From Bdellovibrionales bacterium (GTDB lineage Bacteria; Pseudomonadota; Alphaproteobacteria; UBA9219), in assembly GCA_050180745.1 (NCBI GenBank), contig JBFXDW010000001.1, positions 1 through 44,586 on the forward strand: 44,586 bases of DNA. Reading direction: 5' to 3'. The notes under the pieces are model-generated. The model was not told the origin of the DNA and ran no database searches. It saw only the letters and a program-made list of their open reading frames with translations. This document shows positions 9,039 through 17,980 of the stretch, piece by piece. The position numbers were made by a program, and so were the translations under genes. Every line of letters starts with the position of its first letter. Positions within the stretch are counted from its first letter, which is position 1.

Positions 9039-9676
9039 TTATCAGATGGCTCTATCCAATTTTGAGTAACTAAAGAGGAAATACTGTTTCCCCACTTCGT
9101 GGCTGCGCTTTTTACGTCCAGCCGTTTTTTAAGGGAAACTTGCGGGACAAGAACAAACATCGGCACAGTCATCTTTTTCTTTTTGGCTGTGCTACGGGCA
9201 AAATTACCGCGCTTGTTTATGCGCATGCTTTCCGCAACAAGAACGGGATTGTTTCCACCTTTGCGTTTGATAAATATCAGCTTTTGCTTGTATTTCTTTT
9301 CCCAGCTGCTCGGCGTAAGTTTTGTCCCTCGTGCTGCCTTCTTTCCCGCTGCAGGGAGAGGAACAGGTAAATACGCGCCCTTGTGAGAACGAATAACAGC
9401 CCCTGTGTTGAAGGCTGAAATAATGTGTGGTGCCTTGCTCCACACAAAACCAGCGGCATTGATGCTGTCTCTACTTTTCGGAAACACCTTACTTTGCCAT
9501 GTAAAAGCTAGTTTTTTTCCAAGGCCCGCACTGGAAACCTGATCCCTCAATTCAGATTTCAATCCGTTTGTTGACTCTTCAATACCAGTCTTAACAGCAC
9601 GACCAGCGGCTTTGATTTCGCGTTTCATGACCTTTTCCAGATCACCCCTCAAAGCAACAAGTAGGCGCGCGCTCAT
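9035..9676 (-). CDS. Phage neck/head-tail connector protein, family not recognised
   Basis: 213-aa basic ORF, overlap-coupled on both sides within the neck gene block. Confidence 0.6.
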   Translation of the reverse strand: MSARLLVALRGDLEKVMKREIKAAGRAVKTGIEESTNGLKSELRDQVSSAGLGKKLAFTWQSKVFPKSRDSINAAGFVWSKAPHIISAFNTGAVIRSHKGAYLPVPLPAAGKKAARGTKLTPSSWEKKYKQKLIFIKRKGGNNPVLVAESMRINKRGNFARSTAKKKKMTVPMFVLVPQVSLKKRLDVKSAATKWGNSISSLVTQNWIEPSDK

Positions 9677-9981
9677 ACCGGCACCGCATCAAGCGTCCAG
9701 ATCAAACGCTCCCTGTCAGCTTTGGGTTCAAGCTGCACCTGATAGGTCACGCCCCCCACAATCAATTGATCCCCTATTTGAGGCGATGCCACTTCCGCAG
9801 CCTGCACATCAAAAAGATGCGTTTCGCTGTGGATTTGCGCCTCGCCAAAGCTTGTAATCGTATCAGGCTGTTTGGTTATGACGCGCACGTCGAAACCAGT
9901 GCCGCCTTTAGGCTGATAAAAGGCAGCCTTAGACAGCACTGGATCGACGAAAAGCGGCTTGATGAGATCAGCAAGCGACAT
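9673..9981 (-). CDS. Head-tail joining / head completion protein
   Basis: 102-aa ORF and the first gene after the capsid gene. AAGGAG lies 12 nt upstream of ATG 9981. Confidence 0.65.
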   Translation of the reverse strand: MSLADLIKPLFVDPVLSKAAFYQPKGGTGFDVRVITKQPDTITSFGEAQIHSETHLFDVQAAEVASPQIGDQLIVGGVTYQVQLEPKADRERLIWTLDAVPV

Positions 9982-9984
9982 TGA

Positions 9985-10249
9985 GGGTCAAGGCTCCTTA
10001 AATTAACAAGTTCTGCGCGTAGCAAAAAAGCGCATCCAGCTATGAAAAGAACGCGGCTATGTATTGGGCATACAAGCAAGTTCTTTGAAGACGCTGGGGT
10101 GCTTTTTTGCCGCGCCCTTCGGGTTTCCATGGTCTTAAAAATGAGTGTGTCAACTTCGCTTGACGTATTCTTATACGCACGGCGCTCGTTTCCTGCTCAT
10201 TTTTAAGCCTATGGAAACAGAACGCCGTGAATTTAAAGAGCCTTGACCC
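9985..10249 (-). promoter_or_regulatory. Highly structured intergenic mRNA element (three nested helices) between the capsid and neck genes
   Basis: Three helices: outer arms 9985-10004 / 10230-10249, helix 10015-10040 / 10093-10115, and helix 10123-10145 / 10196-10218. See findings. Confidence 0.6.
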
Positions 10250-11265
10250 TACGTCCGCTTACCTTGCACTAATGCGCGTGGGCGTGTGCAAATCGGCAAA
10301 GGATTGCTCTGTGCATGCACTTCAACCCAACGGGCAAACTTCTCATCAATTGCTTGTTTGGCATAACGCGGCAAACCGACCGTATTAACCGTTTCTACAA
10401 AATCGGCAGGCGCATTGTATTGACGGAACAAGTTAGGCACACCGACAGGGAAGAAGTAAGCCTTGTCCGTATCTGTGAAATTAACGCTTCCAACTTTGCC
10501 GCGATATTCCTCAAACACAATGCCCGCATATTCAAAGCTGCCACGCGCCTGACCCTGACGCAGGAACAGCCCATCCATATAGCGATTATAAGCATCCTCG
10601 ACTTCCTGATGCGCGACGAGGTCGTCAAAGAAATTAGATCCGCAAATCGCATGGATATGATCATAGGGCTGTGCCCCAAGCTCATCTTCGATTGTACGCT
10701 TAACGGAATGGCACAACTTCTTGACTGCACCAGAGTCAGGATCTGCATTGTCAAGATCGAAATCGACCTCAGCCTGTTGTGCTACGCCAAACTCGTTAAA
10801 GAGGTTGTAGAGCACGGTCGAACCGTCAGCGTCGAGGATCTGCCCCTTGATCGCACCGATGCGCAAATGCTCCAATGTCGCATCCAATTTGCCTGCCATT
10901 TCCTGCAAGCGGAATTGAACGACCTGCTGAATGCTCTCCAAATCACTTTCGGAACCGAAGGCACGAACATTTTGAACTTCATCCGCAAGAATGGTGTCTT
11001 CCAAAGCGATATGAGGCACGACAAAAGATCGCGCTTTTCTTTTCTTCGTATGGTTCTGAACGGCGGGCGCGCCACGAGGGGTCGTTTCGACAAGGTTAAG
11101 ACTGCCTTCGCGTTCCTCGATCATAACCGATGTCGTGGTAACGCCGGACTCCATGAACAGACCAAGCTGCCCAATGCGTCCGGGAATAAAAGGCACCTTA
11201 TTGATGGCATCCGTCAGGGACACCACCGAGAAGGCGCTATTGCTAAAAACGTCCAAGGTAGGCAT
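10249..11265 (-). CDS. Major capsid protein, lambda gpE family
   Basis: ORF 10249..11307, with the start moved to ATG 11265 (MPTLDVFSNSAFSVVSLTDAINKVPFIPGRIGQLGLF...), preceded by an AGGA RBS. The longer ORF would read through a terminator-like hairpin. The gene follows decoration and protease genes as in lambda. Confidence 0.9.
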   Translation of the reverse strand: MPTLDVFSNSAFSVVSLTDAINKVPFIPGRIGQLGLFMESGVTTTSVMIEEREGSLNLVETTPRGAPAVQNHTKKRKARSFVVPHIALEDTILADEVQNVRAFGSESDLESIQQVVQFRLQEMAGKLDATLEHLRIGAIKGQILDADGSTVLYNLFNEFGVAQQAEVDFDLDNADPDSGAVKKLCHSVKRTIEDELGAQPYDHIHAICGSNFFDDLVAHQEVEDAYNRYMDGLFLRQGQARGSFEYAGIVFEEYRGKVGSVNFTDTDKAYFFPVGVPNLFRQYNAPADFVETVNTVGLPRYAKQAIDEKFARWVEVHAQSNPLPICTRPRALVQGKRT

Positions 11266-11289
11266 AAGATTTTTCCTTTCTGAAATGCA

Positions 11290-11320
11290 AAAGCCCCACC
11301 TCAACAAGAGGTAGGGCTTT
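11290..11320 (-). terminator. Terminator-like hairpin between the decoration and capsid genes
   Basis: Minus strand: AAAGCCCTACCTC-TTGTT-GAGGTGGGGCTTT followed by TGCATTTC. The stem is 13 bp with one mismatch. Confidence 0.45.
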
Positions 11321-11343
11321 TACAAAAGTGGTAGTTGTGTGCG

Positions 11344-11994
11344 TTAGATAGCTGAACGCACGATGATGGCTTCTTCTTTCAATTGAGCGATAGCCGTCGC
11401 TTTTTGATCATCCGTTGCGCCTGTAAACCAAACAAGTTCAGCTTCATTAGCTTCAGCATGACGAACAATAACTACGGCTTCTTTGTCCGCTTCACTCGCG
11501 TCGACATTATCAAGCGAAAGAGCGACAGCCTTTTCTGATCCATCGGTATTGGCGGGATTGTATTCTTTGTACTTACCCGATCCCGCCGTAACCGTTACGG
11601 CAAACTGATCGCCTGCCACAAAATCTGTGGAGCCAGCAGTCAAGGTGAAGTTAATTGCTCCTGCAAATGCCGAGCCGACTTCTGCAGACCCAATGGTTAC
11701 ACCATCTGGATCTTCGACAGAGAATGTCCCAGCTCCTGTGGCTGGCTCAATACAAGTGATTTTGTAATCACCTTCTTTTGCGCCCGTACCAACGGAAACG
11801 CTTGAGATTGTACCATCGCCTGTATTGCCAGAAGAAGCCGCACCAGAGGCATCGCCAACGGACACTTTGCCAAGGACATGCCCCGCTTCAAGTGTTTGTC
11901 CAGATAGGACGGTCACGGTTTCGCGTGAGATTGTCCCTTCGCCTTCGCTGACGATAAACTCGCCAGCATGTTGATTTTCTGTAACTTCAGTCAT
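11344..11994 (-). CDS. Head decoration protein (gpD-like) with an internal insertion
   Basis: 216-aa ORF. The N-terminus (GEFIVSEGEGTISRETVTVLSGQTLEAGHVLGKV) and C-terminus (AVALSLDNVDASEADKEAVVIVRHAEANEAELVW) fit decoration-protein families. It lies between the protease and capsid genes. Confidence 0.75.
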   Translation of the reverse strand: MTEVTENQHAGEFIVSEGEGTISRETVTVLSGQTLEAGHVLGKVSVGDASGAASSGNTGDGTISSVSVGTGAKEGDYKITCIEPATGAGTFSVEDPDGVTIGSAEVGSAFAGAINFTLTAGSTDFVAGDQFAVTVTAGSGKYKEYNPANTDGSEKAVALSLDNVDASEADKEAVVIVRHAEANEAELVWFTGATDDQKATAIAQLKEEAIIVRSAI

Positions 11995-11997
11995 TGA

Positions 11998-13209
11998 TTA
12001 GACTCCTTTTGTTTTGTTACGGGCTGCGTAGATCGCCGCCGTGTCGATCTTTGCTTCGGCGGATGGCATTGGCGTTGGAACATGTCCTGAGATTTCCGTG
12101 GCCTCTGCCTGCTTGACTTTTGTCTCCAAAAGAACCTGCCTGATGTCTGCGACAGGAACGGCTTTGGAAATGAAGGCGTTCGCTTTCTCAGTCATGCCTG
12201 CGATTGCGCACAAGTCATTTACCTCTTTGACGTAGGCCATAGCTTTCTCGTGTGCTTCGACCTTTGCTCGTTCGACAAGCGCTTCTGTCGACATTTGAGG
12301 TTCAAGAGGGGATTCCTCCGTCTGAACGGACGGAGTTTCTTTTGGTTTACTCATACTGTTCACCTTTCTGTTGATGATTGAGGGTTGAAGAGATAAAGAT
12401 GCCGCCAAATCGTTCATAGCGTCATCAAACGTGCCGAGCGTGTCGGCAAGACCAGCGGCAACGGCCTCTTCGCCAAAGAAGAGCGCAGCTTCGGTTTTGC
12501 GGATTGCAGCAGGAGTTACCCCACGTCTATCCGCAACGTCTTGAACAAAGATGTTGTAAATGCGATCAACTTCGACCTGTAAGGCGGTGCGCGCCGGATC
12601 TGATAAAGGCTCATGCTGGGAATAATCGTTCTTCCGTTTTCCAGCAAAAACAGCCGTGTATTTTAATCCTTCGTCTTCATCGGCCTGGCTTTGATCCAAA
12701 TGAACAGCGATCACACCGATAGAACCAACACCAGCCGTGCGAGAGACGTAAATTTTCTCTGCCGCAGAAGCCAATATATAAGCTGCCGAGAAACTTTCCT
12801 CATTAGCGACAGCCCAGACAGGTTTTGTTTGCCGCGCGGCATAGATTTGATCGGCTAAATCAAATACGCCGGAGGCTTCCCCTCCTGGGCTATCGATATC
12901 TAAAAGAATGGCCCGAACGGACATGTCTGACACAGCTTGTGCGATCTGCGCTGAAACTTCTGCATAACTTGTCAGACCGCTCAAAGCTTCAAGACCCATC
13001 GTGCGCCGCACGAGCGTGCCAAGAATTGGAATAATGGCAATACCATCGGGCGTGATCTGATAGGAGCGTGAATGTCCGCTTCCTTCTTTGGGAGGAAGAA
13101 CGTCTCCTTGTAACCGTGGAGCAATTACGCCAAGAATTACTTCCAGCTTGGCGTGGCTAATCATTAAAGGCGTAGAGAAAATACGCCCCGCAATATGTGG
13201 CAGGATCAT
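11998..13209 (-). CDS. S49-family (SppA/ClpP-like) head maturation protease / scaffold (gpC-like)
   Basis: 403-aa ORF with ILLDIDSPGGEASGVFDLADQIY and SAAYILASAAEKIYVS motifs. It has an ATGA overlap with the portal gene. Confidence 0.9.
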   Translation of the reverse strand: MILPHIAGRIFSTPLMISHAKLEVILGVIAPRLQGDVLPPKEGSGHSRSYQITPDGIAIIPILGTLVRRTMGLEALSGLTSYAEVSAQIAQAVSDMSVRAILLDIDSPGGEASGVFDLADQIYAARQTKPVWAVANEESFSAAYILASAAEKIYVSRTAGVGSIGVIAVHLDQSQADEDEGLKYTAVFAGKRKNDYSQHEPLSDPARTALQVEVDRIYNIFVQDVADRRGVTPAAIRKTEAALFFGEEAVAAGLADTLGTFDDAMNDLAASLSLQPSIINRKVNSMSKPKETPSVQTEESPLEPQMSTEALVERAKVEAHEKAMAYVKEVNDLCAIAGMTEKANAFISKAVPVADIRQVLLETKVKQAEATEISGHVPTPMPSAEAKIDTAAIYAARNKTKGV

Positions 13210-14744
13210 GCTTTGTCTTTCTTTTCTGAGGGAACGTCGTCCGTATTTTCGTCTTCTTCCTGTTCTTCCGGTTTTTCATCGTCTTCCGATGTTTGGGAAA
13301 CCGATGGTGAAGAAGTCGTGCTCGACTGTATGCCGAGTTCCTTTTTGTGCGCCTGATCGTTAGCAATACGCTGGAATGTCTCGTCTACGTTATTGCCTTC
13401 AGCTTCAATAATATCGGATGGAGCCTTCCACCCCATCTCCTGAGCGATTTGTTCGGCCTGACGATCTTTAAGAGGGTCAACCCACTCCCATTTCGGCTTA
13501 ATCCACTTAACGCGATTGTAAAGACGGGGGTTTTGAGCAAATCCAGGCAGATGAATCGCTCCAGAAAGCACAGCCGTTTGTATCCATCGTTTCCAGATGG
13601 GGCGGCAAAGTTGAAAAATAAGAGTCGCTTCTTGAAACTGATTGAGGCGGCGGCGGAACTCGACCGTTCCCGCTCTGATGCTCGAATAATTGGCGGCCTT
13701 AAGATCGCCCGTGGTATTGACGTAGGGAACGCCGAGCGCAGCGGAAGCGGCTAAAAGATTACGATATTGAAAAGGCTCGTAAGCACCACCGACATCGGCA
13801 GGCGTAGAAAACTTAATGTCTTCACCAGGGAGCAACACCTGCATCGTACCAGGAGAAAGTCCAGCAAGAGCAGCGCCCATCGCATCGGCTTCACTTTCAC
13901 CGACTAGATTGTCTTCTTGGCTTTCCTTGGTAATGAAGCCCGCGAACAAGGCTGCGATTTTTTTGCGATCTAATTCGGCATCGTCATATTGATCCAACAA
14001 GAACAACTTAACCAGCGCAGGGGCCACCCACGGCACGCCACGGATCTGCCCAGGCCTCTGCGGACGGTAGATGTGCAGCACTTCCGAAGCCTGAACGCGC
14101 ACGATCTCGCCCTTATTGCCTGTTTCCGTGCTGTCGCCAGGATGTTTGCAATAAAAGTGATAGGCAACGCGCTGACCTATCCTATTAAACTCGATCCCAC
14201 AGCGCACAACATTGCCCGAAGATCCCAACTCGGTCTTGGAGATCGGCAACATCTCGCTCTCCAAGAGCTGAAGCTGCAGAGGAACGACAAGCCCGTCCGA
14301 CAATCGCCGAGGACGAAAGCGCACAAAGCATTCACCCGCCTCAAAAAGTGCATGCGCGATCAATGCCTGCATGCCATAGAAATCCGTCAGCCCATCGGCA
14401 TCGGATTCCAAAATCCAGTCCTTCCAAAGTTGAAGGACATCATTTTTAACGGCCTGATCCTCAATGAGGCTGGATGGGCGTATGCCGTCACCTACGGCGT
14501 TAGACGCAAAACTGTTCGCTGCGTTTGAAGCATATGGATTTGAGCGCACGATTTGTCTTGCCCGCGCCCTAAGTAAATCGCCGCCGCTTGAGACGAGCGT
14601 ATTGATATTTGCTTCCGTTGCCCGCCATGCAATCAGCCTGCGCTTATTCATGGCTCCTTCAAAACCGCCTGCAAGAGCGGACATGGACAAACGTCCGGTG
14701 GCAGCGTATTTGACCGCTGTCCCGATACGGGAAAACAAATTCAT
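13206..14744 (-). CDS. Portal protein, lambda family
   Basis: 512-aa ORF with N-terminus ...NKRRLIAWRATEANINTLVSSGGDLLRARARQIVRSNPYASNAANSFASNAVGDGIRP and an acidic C-terminal tail. It lies between the gpW and protease genes. Confidence 0.9.
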   Translation of the reverse strand: MNLFSRIGTAVKYAATGRLSMSALAGGFEGAMNKRRLIAWRATEANINTLVSSGGDLLRARARQIVRSNPYASNAANSFASNAVGDGIRPSSLIEDQAVKNDVLQLWKDWILESDADGLTDFYGMQALIAHALFEAGECFVRFRPRRLSDGLVVPLQLQLLESEMLPISKTELGSSGNVVRCGIEFNRIGQRVAYHFYCKHPGDSTETGNKGEIVRVQASEVLHIYRPQRPGQIRGVPWVAPALVKLFLLDQYDDAELDRKKIAALFAGFITKESQEDNLVGESEADAMGAALAGLSPGTMQVLLPGEDIKFSTPADVGGAYEPFQYRNLLAASAALGVPYVNTTGDLKAANYSSIRAGTVEFRRRLNQFQEATLIFQLCRPIWKRWIQTAVLSGAIHLPGFAQNPRLYNRVKWIKPKWEWVDPLKDRQAEQIAQEMGWKAPSDIIEAEGNNVDETFQRIANDQAHKKELGIQSSTTSSPSVSQTSEDDEKPEEQEEDENTDDVPSEKKDKA

Positions 14745-14759
14745 ATGTAGGAATCCTTC

Positions 14760-14966
14760 TTAAAGGTCTTTTTCAGCGTAAATCTTGATCCGGCGCACCT
14801 GTGTTTTGCCGCTATCTTTAGCTAGCCCTTGTTCGACCTCGGCCAATGCCGCTTTCAGCTCATCCATTGACCGATATTGTACTGAATTGCCGTCATAAGA
14901 GAGGCTCAGCACGCCACTCGCGATGGCCGCTTTTAAAGCATCACGTTGTGCTATGGTGTAAGTCAT
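14760..14966 (-). CDS. Head-to-tail joining protein gpW family
   Basis: 68-aa ORF (MTYTIAQRDALKAAIASGVLSLSYDGNSVQYRSMDELKAALAEVE) in the lambda-type position upstream of the portal gene. Unlike lambda, the terminase gene is not adjacent: the plus-strand insert at 14989-15498 separates them. Confidence 0.8.
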   Translation of the reverse strand: MTYTIAQRDALKAAIASGVLSLSYDGNSVQYRSMDELKAALAEVEQGLAKDSGKTQVRRIKIYAEKDL

Positions 14967-14988
14967 TCATTTATCTCATGAGGTTAAA

Positions 14989-15498
14989 ATGGCATCAGAC
15001 ACAACGCTTCTCGGAGCCGCAGGCGAATATTACGTAATGTCAGAATTGCTCCGTCGTGGGTTTATCGCGGCACTTGCCCCGCAAGGCGCACCCAATACAG
15101 ATATTGTCGTTACCGATCTGGAAGGACATCGTCTTTGTTCCATACAGGTTAAAACGCGCAGGCAAATCGGTGCAGACGGTGGATGGCACATGCGGCCTAA
15201 ACATGAGGAAATAACTGGAGATCGACTTTTCTATTGTTTTGTCGATCTCGGAAAGGATTCCTCAGACATTCCTCAACTCTTTATTGTTCCAAGTAAAATC
15301 GTGGCTGATGTTCTGAGAACGACCCACAGATACTGGCTTAAAAAACCAGGAAAGAACGGAAGAGTTCATAAAGATTCCCAAGTACGCCGTCTGCTGCCAA
15401 GTTACTCCAATTTGTACGGAGACGAAAAAACACCGTACAAAGATGGTTGGCTGGAAAAATTTAGAAACAACTGGACCCTTCTAGGACTCGAAACATAA
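14989..15498 (+). CDS. PD-(D/E)XK-type endonuclease-like protein (Hjc/intron-associated nuclease-like core); opposite-strand moron
   Basis: 169-aa ORF with a GAGG RBS. It carries GAAGEYYVMSELLRRGFIAALAPQGAPNTDIVVTD...CSIQVKT, i.e. a D...(Q/E)xK nuclease-core pattern. It is the only plus-strand gene within the packaging/head block. Confidence 0.55.
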   Translation: MASDTTLLGAAGEYYVMSELLRRGFIAALAPQGAPNTDIVVTDLEGHRLCSIQVKTRRQIGADGGWHMRPKHEEITGDRLFYCFVDLGKDSSDIPQLFIVPSKIVADVLRTTHRYWLKKPGKNGRVHKDSQVRRLLPSYSNLYGDEKTPYKDGWLEKFRNNWTLLGLET

Positions 15499-15509
15499 GG
15501 ATAGAAAGC

Positions 15510-17444
15510 TTAAACATAGCCACTCCTAATGATACGTCTGGTTCGTGGTTGCAGGCTATTGATTACCCTTTCTTCATGAACCTGTGGCTTTTGAACGCTC
15601 TCTTCAAACTTTCTCCAGCGACCATCTGAAAAACGGTCGATACCGAGAGTCCAAGCAGCGGCGCGCGCGTAGACGCGGCAATCCAATGCCTCATTGCGTT
15701 CACGTAACTTTTGCCATTCCACTCGACTGAAGCCGCGTTTATTTTTTATTGTGACAAGCTGTTCGGCGGTCAGCTGTTTAATCCATTCCGTTTCGATGCC
15801 TTCCGGCAGATGAATTGTGCCAGACGGAAAGACTACGCCTTCCTGAAGCTCTTCCTTGGTCGGACGGGCAAGGCGCAAGAAACGATAAGTTTCTGTCTTG
15901 AAAGTTGATACGGCCACCGTCCAAAGTTTCGCACCGCGCCGAATTTTGCGTCCGCTTTCGTTCGCATCCACATAAGTGGGGCCAGAGACAGGGCTTGCTC
16001 GGTTAAATTTGTCTGAGCCTCTGACGGCGATGACTTGCATTGATCCCATGCGTCGTGTCCACGCGTAAACGGTCGGCCCTTCAAAACCAGCGTCTATGGC
16101 TAACTTTGCAATAGGCAACCGCGTGCCGTTTTCATGCGACCACGTCTTTGACAGAAGCTCTGTAAGCGTTTGCCATGCCGCTTGATCGTCTGGCCCGCCA
16201 GGAATGACGATATGTTCGACAAGCCAACTTTCAAGACCGCGTCCCCATGCCCAGATATCAATCTCGATACGATCCTTCTGAACATCGGCCCCTGCCGTCA
16301 GGAATAATCCGTCAGCAGGAATTGTTCCGATCCGATAAGGTTCACACCTATCTGAGAGTATCTGCCAATCAGGCGCTTCGCCGCTTTCGATCCATGTCTC
16401 ACCAAGGACGCTGTTCTTAAATCCTTTCAAGGCTTCATCCTTTCCTTGAGCCGCTTCCCAATCACGGGCGATGCGTTCCCAACTGAGCCAGCCATAAGGC
16501 GAATACAAACTTGATAAATGAAATCCGATGGTCAGCGGATCATTGCTTTGCCGTGAAGCACGCCATTCGCCGTGTGCCAGCATCACCGTTTTGTGATGTT
16601 CTTTGATCCGTCCTTCACAATGTTCGCAATGATAAGCGACCGTTTCCGGTCTTCCTTTTTCCCAGCGCAGGCGTTCGAAACGCAGAACCTGTTTGTGCCC
16701 GCAAAAGGGACAAGGCACATAATATTTGCGTTGATCGCTGGCCTCGTACTCGCTTTCAATACGAGAGAAGCCTTTTATTGTTGGCGTAGAACATAAGAAA
16801 AGCTTACGTCGCCATGCGAAGGTGCGTGTTCGCGCTTCGGCTAAAAGGACGGGATCACCTTCTTCACCAGCGCTTGCTGGGTAAGCGTCGATTTCATCCA
16901 GAAATAGATACCGTACAGGCATAGAACGAAGACCGACCGCGCTGTTTGCGCCAGTCATGACGAGAATCCCGCCTGGGAATTCCTTGCTGAGGACGGTATT
17001 GCCACTATCGCGTGCCCGTGCGGGGGCAACGCGTGCCCGCAATACGGGGCATTCCTCGATCATCGGATCAATACGCTGCTGACTGGAACGCCGAGCCATC
17101 TCAACGGTTGGATTCACCATCATAGTCGGCCCAGCCGCGTGATGGATGATGTAACCAATCCAGTTGTTTCCGAACTCAGTTCCTCCGAGTTGTGCTCCTT
17201 TCATCAGAACGATACGCTGATAAGGCGAAGACGGAGACAGCGCGTCCATAATCTCGCGCCCGTAAGGGGTTCGAGCGGTTCGCCACGGGCCTGCTTCGTT
17301 TGCTCCACGCGGTGACAAAATGCGGTACTCGTCTGACCACGTTGCAACCGTGTGATCTGGATCCGGTCTAATGCCGTCCGCCCAATTGCTCATGATCTCA
17401 TCGGCCCCATCAAATGAGGCAATGATTTCTTCAACTGTGATCAT
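15510..17444 (-). CDS. Terminase large subunit, lambda GpA family
   Basis: 644-aa ORF with the Walker-A-like MKGAQLGGTEFGNNWIGY, FLDEIDAY, and a CxxC...CxxC zinc motif (CPFCGHKQ...CEHCEG). Confidence 0.92.
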   Translation of the reverse strand: MITVEEIIASFDGADEIMSNWADGIRPDPDHTVATWSDEYRILSPRGANEAGPWRTARTPYGREIMDALSPSSPYQRIVLMKGAQLGGTEFGNNWIGYIIHHAAGPTMMVNPTVEMARRSSQQRIDPMIEECPVLRARVAPARARDSGNTVLSKEFPGGILVMTGANSAVGLRSMPVRYLFLDEIDAYPASAGEEGDPVLLAEARTRTFAWRRKLFLCSTPTIKGFSRIESEYEASDQRKYYVPCPFCGHKQVLRFERLRWEKGRPETVAYHCEHCEGRIKEHHKTVMLAHGEWRASRQSNDPLTIGFHLSSLYSPYGWLSWERIARDWEAAQGKDEALKGFKNSVLGETWIESGEAPDWQILSDRCEPYRIGTIPADGLFLTAGADVQKDRIEIDIWAWGRGLESWLVEHIVIPGGPDDQAAWQTLTELLSKTWSHENGTRLPIAKLAIDAGFEGPTVYAWTRRMGSMQVIAVRGSDKFNRASPVSGPTYVDANESGRKIRRGAKLWTVAVSTFKTETYRFLRLARPTKEELQEGVVFPSGTIHLPEGIETEWIKQLTAEQLVTIKNKRGFSRVEWQKLRERNEALDCRVYARAAAWTLGIDRFSDGRWRKFEESVQKPQVHEERVINSLQPRTRRIIRSGYV

Positions 17445-17980
17445 GAGCGTAAATTGATTTTAATCTCTGCAAGTTGTTCCAAATGTTCACGCACAAGCTT
17501 TTCGAGTGCTGTTTGAACGGTGTGCGTATCCGCACCGATCTCTGCCGCGAACGTCGCCGCGACACGCGTGGGCCACATTTGCCATGCATCCCGTTCCTGC
17601 CGCGCCAACTGATAAACAAGAGATGTCGCTTGTGTCCGGTCGACTAATTCGCCCTTGAGCTTTTGAACACGCAGCTTTCGCTCTTGCGCTTTCAGAACTT
17701 CATTCGCCGTACGGGCCTGAACGAAATTGGTGTTTCCCCCTGCGGAGACGTGACCGCTTTCTTGCAACGTTTCTTGCACTGATTGTAATGCTGCCTTTGG
17801 AACGGGCTTCTTTTCTCGCACTTGGGATGGATCGGTGTTGTCCTTTAAGGATGCAAGTGCTTTGTCGGAGTCAATACTTCCATCCGCTTCAAGCGTGATC
17901 CGCCCTGAAGCGATTGCTTTTTGCACTGCGCCTCGGCTTTTGCCCCACAAGGCGGCGAATTCTCGTTGACTGACTCCCAT
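17441..17980 (-). CDS. Terminase small subunit (N-terminal HTH)
   Basis: 179-aa ORF with an ATGA overlap with the large subunit. N-terminal HTH: SQREFAALWGKSRGAVQKAIASGRI. Confidence 0.75.
   Translation of the reverse strand: MGVSQREFAALWGKSRGAVQKAIASGRITLEADGSIDSDKALASLKDNTDPSQVREKKPVPKAALQSVQETLQESGHVSAGGNTNFVQARTANEVLKAQERKLRVQKLKGELVDRTQATSLVYQLARQERDAWQMWPTRVAATFAAEIGADTHTVQTALEKLVREHLEQLAEIKINLRS

Noticed and set aside
10315-11283. 322-aa plus-strand ORF
   Set aside because: It lies fully antisense to the gpE-type capsid gene and has no recognisable motifs or RBS. It is a shadow ORF of a strongly supported gene.
11266-11307. N-terminal extension of the capsid ORF (MLRWGFCISERKNL)
   Set aside because: The extension would read through the terminator-like hairpin at 11290-11320 and lacks an RBS, whereas ATG 11265 has one.
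13989-14528. 179-aa plus-strand ORF
   Set aside because: It is antisense to the lambda-family portal gene, with an Arg-rich junk-like translation.
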